Shown: one piece after another, positions 1-9,733 of the stretch | Layout: each line of letters opens with the position of its first letter | Position numbering within the stretch: position 1 is the stretch's first letter | Source of the DNA: Armatimonadota bacterium | GTDB taxonomy: Bacteria; Armatimonadota; UBA5829 | Direction of reading: 5' to 3' | Assembly: GCA_012522575.1 (NCBI GenBank) | Contig: JAAYKE010000049.1 | Coordinates: 2,445 to 66,444, forward strand | DNA length: 64,000 nucleotides | The notes under the pieces: generated by a model | The model's database searches: none | What the model was told of the DNA's origin: nothing | The model's input: the letters and a program-made list of their open reading frames with translations, nothing else | Position numbers and translations under genes: made by a program

Positions 1-143
1 CAGCAGCGTGGCAGAATATTTATTCGATGGCGTAAGCTGCCACGCCGCAACAAGCTCGGCCGGCTCCGAACGACCGCAGCCGACGATACTGCATAATGTG
101 GCGGCAAAGCCCAGTATGATAAATGCTACAACGATGGCTCTAA
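1..143 (-). CDS. 5' end of a lipoprotein gene; the rest lies beyond the window edge
   Basis: Reverse strand reads MKIRAIVVAFIILGFAATLCSIVGC..., a signal peptide with a lipobox-like 'IVGC'; start codon at 143-141. Confidence 0.35.
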
Positions 144-200
144 TTTTCATTGACTCAACCCCAACCTGACCAACCCTTTCAATGAGCAAACCAACTGCAT

Positions 201-1817
201 CTACGGCAATGTGACAGGCAGCGTTCCCTTTGCATTAACTGCTCCGAAAATCACCGCAGCAGCAGCGTCAAGAGACTCTTTGCGATAGCCATAGGTGCAC
301 AGATATACCCCGATCTCCGGGAAATTGCGGATGTCGTATGGCTCGCGCACAGCCACAACTATTAGCTTTTTGCCAAGCCCATTCAGCATCTTTACCAGAT
401 CTGTCTGCAACACCTGATCGGTGGGAGCTTTCCAAGGCTCGCTGGGACAGGTTGGCATAATTATAACATCCGCGCCCGACGCAGCATCTGTAGCGGCCTT
501 GAGCACCCTTTCGCGGTCGCCTTCAAGTGGCACTATATTAGCGTCCTCAGAGTATTTTTGCACCGCCGATCCCAGATCACGAGTAGTGGTATGCAATCCC
601 ATAACAACGACTTTCTCCTCTGACTTGGGATGCAGCGGCACCACACTGCCTTCATTACGCACTATAGTTATGGAAAGTTCGGCTATATCGCGTTGAGTGG
701 AGAGGTGCGCAGACTTTCTCAGAGTCTTGTTAAGGGCGGCCGTATCGGTGAATCGGCGGTCATGAAGTTTATATTGATTTTTCAGCGCAGTAAGTCGGCC
801 TACGGACTCGTCTATGCGGGATTCGGAGATGCGCCCGTCCTTGACGGCCTTGATAATAGCCTCCCGCGAAGCCCTCTGCGTTTCCAGCGTATGGGGAATG
901 AGCACCAGGTCTACCCCGGCCTCGATAGCCATAACACACGCCTCCGGCACGCTCCATTTATCCGCTATGCCCTTCATCTCCATCGAATCGGTGACTATGA
1001 CTCCGTCGAAGCCCAACTCCTGTCTCAACAGACCTGTAATAATTTTGTGTGACAGCGTGGAAGGCAGGTCGGGATCCAGGGCCGGAAACATAATGTGCGT
1101 GGTCATAATGCTGGATACGCCGGCAGCGATCGCCCATCGAAATGGCGTCAGTTCAATCTTGTCCAGTCGTTCTCGCGGATATGGAACCGACGGCAGAGCC
1201 AGATGGGAATCTACGGCTGTGTCCCCGTGACCGGGGAAATGCTTGGCGCACGCGATCACTCCGGCGTTTTGATATCCGCCAATGGCCTGCGCTCCGAATT
1301 CACCAACCGCGTCCGGTGATTCCCCATAAGACCTTGTGCCAATTATCGGGTTGTCCGGGTTGTTGTTTACATCGACGCTTGGAGCAAAGTCGTAGTTGAC
1401 GCCAATGGCCAGCAACTCCTCCGCACATACAGCCGCAGCCGCCCGCGCAAGATCGGGCCTGCCGGTGGCTCCCAGGGCCATATTCGATGGCATAACGGTG
1501 ACTCCATCGACAAATCGAGCCACCATCCCGCCCTCTTGATCCACATTGATGAGCAGAGGCTCAACGGACATTTTCTGCAGTTCATTGATAGTGTTTGCAG
1601 TGACGCTAAGATCGTCGTGGCGTATATTGCGTCCCATAAGGATAATGCCGCCGACCTGCATATCTTCGACGATTTCACGAGCTTTATCGCAGACGGTAGT
1701 GTCCTGTTCGAGATCGTCGCCTTCCCAGCCTAACATCAACATCGCGCCTATTTTTTGTTCTACGTTCATATCATCTCCAAAATGGTCGTCGGTTTTCACG
1801 CCAAAATATAATGTCAC
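201..1817 (-). CDS. Glycoside hydrolase family 3 (beta-N-acetylhexosaminidase/beta-glucosidase NagZ-like)
   Basis: GH3 N-terminal domain signature 'KHFPGHGDTAVDSH', plus a C-terminal alpha/beta sandwich-length extension; 538 aa. Confidence 0.75.
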   Translation of the reverse strand: MTLYFGVKTDDHFGDDMNVEQKIGAMLMLGWEGDDLEQDTTVCDKAREIVEDMQVGGIILMGRNIRHDDLSVTANTINELQKMSVEPLLINVDQEGGMVARFVDGVTVMPSNMALGATGRPDLARAAAAVCAEELLAIGVNYDFAPSVDVNNNPDNPIIGTRSYGESPDAVGEFGAQAIGGYQNAGVIACAKHFPGHGDTAVDSHLALPSVPYPRERLDKIELTPFRWAIAAGVSSIMTTHIMFPALDPDLPSTLSHKIITGLLRQELGFDGVIVTDSMEMKGIADKWSVPEACVMAIEAGVDLVLIPHTLETQRASREAIIKAVKDGRISESRIDESVGRLTALKNQYKLHDRRFTDTAALNKTLRKSAHLSTQRDIAELSITIVRNEGSVVPLHPKSEEKVVVMGLHTTTRDLGSAVQKYSEDANIVPLEGDRERVLKAATDAASGADVIIMPTCPSEPWKAPTDQVLQTDLVKMLNGLGKKLIVVAVREPYDIRNFPEIGVYLCTYGYRKESLDAAAAVIFGAVNAKGTLPVTLP

Positions 1818-3322
1818 CTGACCGAAGCCGGAACTTCTTCGACTTCGGGTTCCTTTGGTTGTTCGGCAATCACATTGAAGTCTACGCTAACCTGCTGTGA
1901 GCCGTAAAACACCGTTATCGGGCCTTTTCGAGCGCGTGACGGAATCCAATAGCCCTGCTGATTGACGAATCCCATGCCGTTGCTGACGGTCCATATAATC
2001 TTGTCGAGCTGCTCCTTAGATAGCGGGCAGCCGTCTTCTCCCTGTGTCAAGGATAGTTGGACTCCGTTGCCTACCACAAGGTCAGATCCGGGAGCGCATA
2101 TTGATAGATTCGGAATTTCATCGACAACTACGGGGTTTGCAAACACCAGCACTCCGTTGGCTACATTGCGCATAATTCCGCCGGAGAGGCTGTTGACGAT
2201 GCCTCCTCTATAGGACATCGTAGTTGAACCGCCGCCGTCGAGGTTGATCGCATCCGTCGCTCCCAGACGTTTCATAACAGCGGACAAGTCCGGCAGATTG
2301 ATCCCGCGGCTGATGCTTTGCCGCCCGTCCACTGTCACCATCATTAACTTGCCGTCGGCTGTTGCTCCCAGAGCGGTGCGGGGATGTCTTGCGGTGGAAA
2401 ATGAAGCTCCTACGCGCTCGTATTCGAGGCTGATATGCTCCTTGCCGTCCTTGAGAATCCACGGCCTGCCTCCTACCGCCTGCTGCACCTGGGTCCAGTC
2501 TATGCCGTTTGTGCTCTTGATATCAAAGCGCACGGTGAGTTTATCCCCGGGCTTGAGGTTCGCCTTAAGAAATGATGCGGCCGGGCCGCCCGCGGACAGC
2601 ACCATGCCATCTTTTGGTATAGGCGTGTGGACCGAGTCAGGCCGGACTTCGACAACGGTGAGATTGATGGTTTTGCCGCACTGCACCGGCAGGTTTTCCG
2701 CGCTGCAGATTATTTCCGTGCCTTTATATTTGCTGCGCGTCTGTGAATCGAACATGCCGGTATATGCGATCACCTGATTGGTTTCCCGGTCTCGATTTAT
2801 GCCGTCTATCTGCCGGCTGACACCGCTTGTCAAAGACAACTTGGCCTGCCATATCGGGTTATCAAAACGGCAGGTTCCATCTGCAAGAATAGCGGCAACC
2901 GCATGGCGAAATGAAGGCTCGCTGACCAATTCTCCGTCTATTATGCACACGCCCAGCGGATCGCCCGCTCGATCTGTCCCCATAGGAAAGAAATCGGCGT
3001 TGACTCCGAGAACTGCGCCGCGCCTGCCGGTCATCGAACCAATGGTTTCGCAGCCCTTTGTCGGTTGTTCGGTGAGGATGACATCCTGTCCAATGGCCGC
3101 TTTTATCGCGACTCCCTCCGCCTTTGGGTCCACCGTAACTGCATTTATAATCAGTTGCGCATCGCTGGTGGTGTTAATTTCCTGATATAACACCACTCCT
3201 TGAGCAAGCTCTCTGGTGGTAGTCGTCGTTGCCGCAGAGCACGAAGCCGACACCAGTAATATCAGACACAATGAGAGGCTGTAAAATCGAAAACGAGTCA
3301 ACACGTCACTTTCTCCTTGCAT
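1814..3322 (-). CDS. Secreted phosphodiester glycosidase family protein (NAGPA-like)
   Basis: N-terminal signal peptide; 'INLDGGGSTTM' motif typical of the phosphodiester glycosidase/NAGPA domain; 4-nt overlap with the downstream GH3 gene. Confidence 0.6.
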   Translation of the reverse strand: MQGESDVLTRFRFYSLSLCLILLVSASCSAATTTTTRELAQGVVLYQEINTTSDAQLIINAVTVDPKAEGVAIKAAIGQDVILTEQPTKGCETIGSMTGRRGAVLGVNADFFPMGTDRAGDPLGVCIIDGELVSEPSFRHAVAAILADGTCRFDNPIWQAKLSLTSGVSRQIDGINRDRETNQVIAYTGMFDSQTRSKYKGTEIICSAENLPVQCGKTINLTVVEVRPDSVHTPIPKDGMVLSAGGPAASFLKANLKPGDKLTVRFDIKSTNGIDWTQVQQAVGGRPWILKDGKEHISLEYERVGASFSTARHPRTALGATADGKLMMVTVDGRQSISRGINLPDLSAVMKRLGATDAINLDGGGSTTMSYRGGIVNSLSGGIMRNVANGVLVFANPVVVDEIPNLSICAPGSDLVVGNGVQLSLTQGEDGCPLSKEQLDKIIWTVSNGMGFVNQQGYWIPSRARKGPITVFYGSQQVSVDFNVIAEQPKEPEVEEVPASVR

Positions 3323-3337
3323 AATTAAAGACCTGCG

Positions 3338-5020
3338 TTAATGACAGTCGGCCTGCCGGGCAAACAATACCGCGTTGGGCAGCAGGGCCTTGCTGCAGAT
3401 CCTGATTTCATCGAGCAGCCCTTTATACCGGTCTGCATATTTCCCATCCCGCCTCGCGCAGCCGACAAACCATCGACCATTTGAGAGTTCAAAGGGCTTT
3501 GAGCCAAGCTCGGCAGCGGTGTCAAGCTTCGGCCCGTCCCCATCGTCAATATAAAGCTTCAATTTGAAACCATTGCAGGCCACAGCGAGATTATACCAGT
3601 TATCAGCGATAAGAGCTTTGCGGGATACAATACGCTGGCCGCCCAATCGGACTTCTACCCGGCCATCGGAGGTCAAGGCAAAATCTATAACGGATTCTCT
3701 GCACAAGAACACCTGCCGTTGGGAGAGGCTACCGGGACGAAGAGATACTTCAACTGTCCAATTAGAAAACTTCTCAGTCTCTATCGATCCGTCAACGCTG
3801 CGCAAATAGCGCGCTTCTACACCCTGTTCCGGAGGCTCGGAGTTATCGTAGCTTCCCAGATTGAGCCTGAGAGTGGAGGTTATCCTGCGCGCAGGGACCG
3901 ACGCCGAGCCGGACCCGGTAGTATTGTAGGCATCCCCGCGCAGGTGATTATCCCTGCCCGATGAATCTAAAATATCGATCGACGGCAGCAGATTGCGCCC
4001 CGGAGTGCTGTCCTCGAACCGCCAGTATGCCTGCACGTAGCCCGGCGTCCTAGGGTCGGCCATAGTGAGCTTGCAGTTATCCTCATATACAGGCAGAAAC
4101 AACGGATACGGCGTCCCTCCGCTGTTCGGCTGATGTACGCTCAGGACAAGCCCCATTGACGGATGCCGAAAAATCTGCCCGTGACCGGCAAATCCATTAT
4201 ATAATATGCCTTCGTGCACCCACGGCCCCTCTACATCGCCGCCGACAGACCTGGCTATGGATACGGTGTAGCCCCAATGGACAGGGGCCGGCAGGATATT
4301 GTTTGTGGACCATGCCAGCACCAAGTCCCCGTTTGACAGGCGCAGCATCTGAGGCCCATCTGTGAGATAACAGGTTTGGCCTTCCTTGTTTCGCCAGGAA
4401 GCTGCGTATGGCGCGCTGCTGGCCTTGAACAGGAGTATGTCGATAAGCGGCTCAAGGGGCGCGGTGAGGTCGTGCTTCAGGCGAAGCGCCCTCATCTCCC
4501 CGTCCTGAATGGATACATGCTCGCGGGAATATACCATCCAGGGCTGTCCCTGCTTGTCTATATGCAAAGTGCCGTCTAGTGAGAAATATTCCGGGCCGTT
4601 GATCGGTTCGGGGCTGTGCACATGAAACGGCCCTCGCGGGGAATCGGCAGCAAGTATCTGCACCGCCCTTGCGCGACCCGGTCCTTCGAATGTCGCAAAG
4701 AGATAGAATTTATCCTTGTAGCGGAATACTTCAGGCGCCCAGTATGCCCAAACGCCCCAGAAATCGTCGGGTTTGCGCCACACTGGTTTGAGTTGGCTCC
4801 AGGTTTGCAGCGTGGGATCCGACGTCTCTCGAACATCAAACCCGCGCTTTCCGTCAGATGTGCGGCCGGTTCCGTACAGATAGCATCGACCTGTGGCTTT
4901 ATCGCAATAGATAAACGGGTCCCGAATTACAATATCGGATCTGGAGACCGTCTGGCCTGCCAGGGCTGTCGCCAGGCACATACAAAGCCCGACGGCATAA
5001 GAAATTACATTCATTTTCAC
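3338..5020 (-). CDS. Secreted GH43-like glycoside hydrolase with a C-terminal concanavalin/LamG-like domain
   Basis: Signal peptide; 'WAPEV..YKDKFYLFAT' and 'DPF' blocks typical of 5-bladed beta-propeller GH43/GH32-clan enzymes; the C-terminal 180 aa are lectin-like. Confidence 0.5.
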   Translation of the reverse strand: MKMNVISYAVGLCMCLATALAGQTVSRSDIVIRDPFIYCDKATGRCYLYGTGRTSDGKRGFDVRETSDPTLQTWSQLKPVWRKPDDFWGVWAYWAPEVFRYKDKFYLFATFEGPGRARAVQILAADSPRGPFHVHSPEPINGPEYFSLDGTLHIDKQGQPWMVYSREHVSIQDGEMRALRLKHDLTAPLEPLIDILLFKASSAPYAASWRNKEGQTCYLTDGPQMLRLSNGDLVLAWSTNNILPAPVHWGYTVSIARSVGGDVEGPWVHEGILYNGFAGHGQIFRHPSMGLVLSVHQPNSGGTPYPLFLPVYEDNCKLTMADPRTPGYVQAYWRFEDSTPGRNLLPSIDILDSSGRDNHLRGDAYNTTGSGSASVPARRITSTLRLNLGSYDNSEPPEQGVEARYLRSVDGSIETEKFSNWTVEVSLRPGSLSQRQVFLCRESVIDFALTSDGRVEVRLGGQRIVSRKALIADNWYNLAVACNGFKLKLYIDDGDGPKLDTAAELGSKPFELSNGRWFVGCARRDGKYADRYKGLLDEIRICSKALLPNAVLFARQADCH

Positions 5021-5050
5021 TTCCGCTGGGTTTTATAGTCGGCATCCGGT

Positions 5051-7858
5051 TCAATTCGCCGCCGCAGACTGATCGGACACCTCAACGGGAACAACCAGCA
5101 TATCCCCGCCCCGGCTCAGCGACTCGGTTGACAGCCATTTGTTGTCGATGTTCAAATCCCACACCAGAATATATTTGCCTTCTTTTGATGGAACCTTGAC
5201 CTTGGCCGGCTGCACCAGCGCAACTGACGGGCCTAGCGTGGACGCAAGAGGACTGGTCTCGCTTTCCCATTGCACCTCGACGCCTTCATCGTCATACCAA
5301 TGATAGCCAAGAGAGGTCTTTTTGGCGTTCCACGGCTGCACTCCGGTATTGCGCAGAACCACCATAGCGTCCACGGTCTGTCCCTTCGGCAAAGTCGAGG
5401 CCAAATCCGTATCGACTATCCTCGGGCCATAGTCACTGTCCAGGACGCATATAGTCTGATTGAGAGTCCTCCCGCCGGCCTCTGAGAGCCGCTTTGAGCC
5501 GCTTGTAATATCGAAGCTGAGCTGGTATGTCCAGTCATCGTCGAGGTTTGACAAATCTAGCGTTTTTTTGGCGGCAGGGGCTAGAGTGAGGGTCATCGGC
5601 ACATCGACGATCTCACCCGGCTTGAGGTCTTTGCGCAGGTTTGCCCGCAGAGCCGGCATATCGACCTCTTGGGCCGGTTCATCCGGCTGACTCCGCATAA
5701 CCCTGACCAGTTTACACTCAATTTTGGTGTTTGAAGATTTCAGCGCCTCGGTTCCGTCGTTTCTGATCTTCACGGAAATGGGATAATTTGCGCCAAGGGC
5801 AACCATATTCGGCGCAGCGCTCGACAACATAGTCACTCCGAACTCTTCCGATGCGCCTATTGTGACGGGAATCATCATCGGAGTGTCGCCGAGAGCGGAG
5901 AACCACTTGCCGTCGGTCCCTCGCACAAGCTCAATGTGCAGTTCGCATGGCCCTTCTATCAAAGGGGAGCCTTGCGCCGTTACCGTGGCGATGCCGATGT
6001 TCATAGCCACGGAGTCGCCCGGGGCCACGTCTTTGTCCAGCGGCCTGCGAATCTTGCTCTCCCCAAAGAAGCGTCCGTTGCGATACCATCTATACCCAAG
6101 CGCATGGCCGGACTTCGCCCGCCAGGTCGTCTTGCCCACATTTCGAATGACAACATGAGCCTGCACGATCTGATTGGCAGCCAGCACCTTCGGAATATCG
6201 CAGCGCAGGAACCGAGCGGAATAGTCCCTGTCCACGACAAAGCGCTTGACGGAGTTCTTTGTGATATTAACCCTGCTTATGCCGAGTTTTTCGGTCGGGC
6301 AAATGCATTTTCCCGATGAATAGTCGTTCCACGCATCGCATACTACCCAGAGAGGGTTTGCCGCAATCGCGTCGTTCCACTGTTTGTCGTATGAATCGTC
6401 GGCGGTGATCCATGCCAAGCTTATGCGCGACTCTGATCCGCCCGCAACTGCATCGAGGGTATCCGCTTTCGACGCAAAGCCGGAATCGCCCATCCAAATC
6501 AGCGGGGAGCCGAAATCCTTGTCAAATCGCTCACTGCATCGGTCTACAAACTCCCGGCTCCACACGCCAGCCGACTCCGCATTAGCCAAACAGACTATCG
6601 CGGCTGGCCGCCCGGCATCCGGCTTGGCAGAGGGCGCAGAGGCGCGATACTGCGGAGGAATGCGATTGAAAAAATCTTTAATTGCGCCATATACGGCCAG
6701 CAGCGGCTGACTGCCGGATTTCAGGTAGGAAGTGTCGAAATACATGCCCACCACAGGATACGGCTTGCCCTCTTTGCGAAGCTCATCGAGAGCGGCCACC
6801 ATACAATCCAGACCCTTGTCGGCAGCCCCGGGACCCGCGCTGACCGCGGCCAGATAGTCCGGCAGGGCTACCGTAATACCCGCCAGAGCCATATTCGACA
6901 GCTCATCTTTGTGCCATTGCACTCGATCGTAGCTAAACCACGGCCCGACGCCATTGGCAGGAACGTCCTGCATATCCAACGAGCCGTTTTCATTGCGAAT
7001 ATTTTGCACCGGAGCCCGTTTTCTGGGGTCCGCCTGATACCAGTAGGTGTAACGGGCAAACACGGTTCTTTGGACGGGGAACTTGGCTTCATAGACAAAT
7101 CCCTCCGGCATCGGCAGATCCAGGGCAAAGGAGGTGTTATTATTCCACTCCTTGGCGTTGATTATCCCGTCAATCAGAGGGGAGCGCACGACATATTTGG
7201 TGGATAATATTTTCTCAATGCTGACCGTGGATGCAATGAAAGTATGCGCCGCATAGACCATCTTGACCCATTTTTCCGGAACCAGCAGGTCTTGGTCGGT
7301 TTTTACCTTCGGGGATAGGCTGATAAAGTCGTCCGGGTTGCTGTGCCTGCGTATGATAACATTGAACCCGACCATTTTGCCCATCGATGGAGCTTTCATG
7401 TTGAGCATTTCCCACGGCACGGCCATCTCAACGCAGTATGTGGTATCGATATCCTCGGGATTGTTTATAGTGCCCTGAACCGTAGCTCCGTATTTGAAAG
7501 TGTAGGCCGGGGTCATTTTCAGTCCCCCCGATTCATCGCCCGCCCTAAACCTCGACCCGCCTGCATCCGACACAGCCATTGCAAAGCAGGCAGGGGTAAT
7601 AGACTCGGAGCCTTTGTTGTCGGTCTCAATATAGAACTCGACCATGTCATCGCCTGCCAGATCGACGTTAGGCTTATCGTTGGTCGCCCTCACATCGGGG
7701 CTGTCGACCTTAAACGCGATGTAGAAATAGCTATCATCCCAGGTCGTATAGCAGTTGACCTGGTCTTTGGCGGCATCCTGCGCGAATGCGACGGAACCTA
7801 TAAACATCAAAACCACTGCACATAATATTGCACGCTTGACAATCATCCTGGACTCCAT
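5051..7858 (-). CDS. Large secreted protein with a CBM9/DOMON-like N-terminal domain, a putative glycosidase-like core and two C-terminal repeat domains
   Basis: Signal peptide 'MIVKRAILCAVVLMFIGSVAFA'; 'WDDSYFYIAFKVDSPD' is CBM9-like; an internal duplicated motif 'N.GxxxWxAKxxxLGYxWY' occurs twice near the C-terminus. Confidence 0.4.
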   Translation of the reverse strand: MESRMIVKRAILCAVVLMFIGSVAFAQDAAKDQVNCYTTWDDSYFYIAFKVDSPDVRATNDKPNVDLAGDDMVEFYIETDNKGSESITPACFAMAVSDAGGSRFRAGDESGGLKMTPAYTFKYGATVQGTINNPEDIDTTYCVEMAVPWEMLNMKAPSMGKMVGFNVIIRRHSNPDDFISLSPKVKTDQDLLVPEKWVKMVYAAHTFIASTVSIEKILSTKYVVRSPLIDGIINAKEWNNNTSFALDLPMPEGFVYEAKFPVQRTVFARYTYWYQADPRKRAPVQNIRNENGSLDMQDVPANGVGPWFSYDRVQWHKDELSNMALAGITVALPDYLAAVSAGPGAADKGLDCMVAALDELRKEGKPYPVVGMYFDTSYLKSGSQPLLAVYGAIKDFFNRIPPQYRASAPSAKPDAGRPAAIVCLANAESAGVWSREFVDRCSERFDKDFGSPLIWMGDSGFASKADTLDAVAGGSESRISLAWITADDSYDKQWNDAIAANPLWVVCDAWNDYSSGKCICPTEKLGISRVNITKNSVKRFVVDRDYSARFLRCDIPKVLAANQIVQAHVVIRNVGKTTWRAKSGHALGYRWYRNGRFFGESKIRRPLDKDVAPGDSVAMNIGIATVTAQGSPLIEGPCELHIELVRGTDGKWFSALGDTPMMIPVTIGASEEFGVTMLSSAAPNMVALGANYPISVKIRNDGTEALKSSNTKIECKLVRVMRSQPDEPAQEVDMPALRANLRKDLKPGEIVDVPMTLTLAPAAKKTLDLSNLDDDWTYQLSFDITSGSKRLSEAGGRTLNQTICVLDSDYGPRIVDTDLASTLPKGQTVDAMVVLRNTGVQPWNAKKTSLGYHWYDDEGVEVQWESETSPLASTLGPSVALVQPAKVKVPSKEGKYILVWDLNIDNKWLSTESLSRGGDMLVVPVEVSDQSAAAN

Positions 7859-7902
7859 AAATCAGACAATAGATTGTATATCTGACCACCACATCTCATA
7901 AC

Positions 7903-9059
7903 TCAGGAAAACTTTTTGACAAACCGAGCAATGCGCTGCATGGCTTGCTCGATCTTCTCTATAGAAGTCGCATACGAACAGCGGACATGACCTTCTCCGC
8001 AGTCACCAAATGCATTCCCCGGCACAACAACCACTTTTTCTTCGAAAAGCAGACGCTCGGAGAAGTCATTTGAATTGAGGCCGGTTTCTTTGATCGATGG
8101 AAACGCATAGAACGCGCCTCCCGGCATCAGGCACGGCAGTCCCGCCTCATTCAGCCCTTTGACTATGACCCGTCTGCGCTGTGCATACTGGTCGATCATC
8201 TGCTGGCTGTCGTCGTAGCCGTTGTTAATGGCCTCCAGCGCGGCAATCTGCCCCATAATGGGCGCGCAGAGCATTGTATATTGATGAATTTTCATCATAG
8301 CTTCGATAATATCCGCCGGTCCGGCCGCATATCCGATCCGCCAGCCCGTCATCGCGTATGCCTTCGAAAAACCATTGAGATAGATAGTGCGTTCGTATGC
8401 TCCGCTCAAGGCAGGAACACATGTATGGGGCGCATCGTAGCTCAGGCGGTCGTAAATCTCATCGGTGATTATATACAGATCGTGCTCTTTTGCAATAGCG
8501 ACTATTTTTTCGAGGGTCTTGCGAGGCGCGACCGCTCCGGTAGGGTTGGATGGATAGCTAATGAGCAGCGCTTTGGTTTTCGGCGTGATCGCGGCTCGTA
8601 TTTTTTCCGGCTCGACACAGAATTCGGTCTCAGTGGTAGTTGGTATGCTTACGGGAACGCCGCCGGCAAATAGAATGCATGGCTTGTATGAAACATAACA
8701 CGGCTCCGGGCAGATAACTTCCTCTCCAGGATTGAGCAACGCCCTCATAACCAGATCCATAGCTTCGCTGACGCCCACAGTAATAAGAATCTGATCGTCA
8801 GGGTTGTATTCGAGTTTCTCCTGATTGAACAGATATGCTGATATGGCGTCGCGCAGTTCCTGCAGGCCGTAGTTTGACGTATAGCTGGTGCGGCCTCGTT
8901 CAAGTGACTGTATGCAGGCTTCGCGCACCGCCAGGGCGTGACGAAATCCGGCTCACCCACGCCAAGCGAAATCGCTTCCGGCATCTGAGCAGCAACATCA
9001 AAAAACCTGCGTATGCCCGACGCAGGCGTGGAATTTACAACATCAGAAATAGGCTTCAT
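7903..9059 (-). pseudogene. Class I/II (aspartate-type) aminotransferase, interrupted by a frameshift near 8930-8945
   Basis: The N-terminal 'ISDVV..PSGIRRFFDVA..ISLGVGEPDFVTPW' lies in ORF 8745..9137; the remainder 'REACIQSLERGRTSYTSNYG...KAYAMTGWRIGY' lies in ORF 7903..8928 in another frame; a +1 shift at '...ccctggcggtgcgcgaagcc' joins them. Confidence 0.6.
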
Positions 9060-9150
9060 TATAGTATTTTGAATTACGAGGTCCGGATTGCGAACAAAAC
9101 GCCTCAACAGGCTCCCGCTCGCGACTCGTAACCGCAATATTCAGCATCGT

Positions 9151-9696
9151 CTACGGCGCAACGGCTAATCGATAATCCTCGCCGGTGTCGTCAAAAATAT
9201 CCCCGCCGTCCTTATACTTTTTGAGCAGGAAATTGGTCCGGGTTGACAGCACGCCTTCCAGATTAGACAACTTCTCCGCGACGAAGAACGCAACCTCCTG
9301 CATGGTCTTGCCTTCGACTACCACGCGCAGATCGAAGTCTCCCGATACTAAAAACACCGAATGCACCGCATCGTATTTGTATATCTCGCGGGCAATTTCG
9401 TCATAGCCGACTCCCTTGCGCGGGGTGACGCGCACATCAATGAAAGCAAATACGCGCTCCTTGCCTGCCTTGTCCCAGTCTACGATAGTCTTGTAGTGCC
9501 TGATGATCCCTCTTTTTTGCATCTCTTCGATGGCATTGACGATAACCTGCTCGGATTTGCCCAGCATAACAGCTATTTTCGATGCCGGAGTGCGAGCGTC
9601 CTGTTCGAGTATCGTGAGTATTTGGCGTTCCATATCACGTCCTGTTGTCGAGTTGTTCCAATGATACATCCCCTGCCGGGCATAGTCAATCGTCAC
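9151..9696 (-). CDS. Lrp/AsnC family transcriptional regulator
   Basis: HTH 'ARTPASKIAVMLGKSEQVIVNAIEEMQKRGII' followed by a RAM/AsnC_trans-like domain 'VFAFIDVRV...HSVFLVSGDFDLRVVV'; the real start is probably the internal Met near 9633. Confidence 0.65.
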   Translation of the reverse strand: MTIDYARQGMYHWNNSTTGRDMERQILTILEQDARTPASKIAVMLGKSEQVIVNAIEEMQKRGIIRHYKTIVDWDKAGKERVFAFIDVRVTPRKGVGYDEIAREIYKYDAVHSVFLVSGDFDLRVVVEGKTMQEVAFFVAEKLSNLEGVLSTRTNFLLKKYKDGGDIFDDTGEDYRLAVAP

Positions 9697-9733
9697 CAGC
9701 CGACCGGGGAGTCTGCACGGTCGAAATCTCGAT

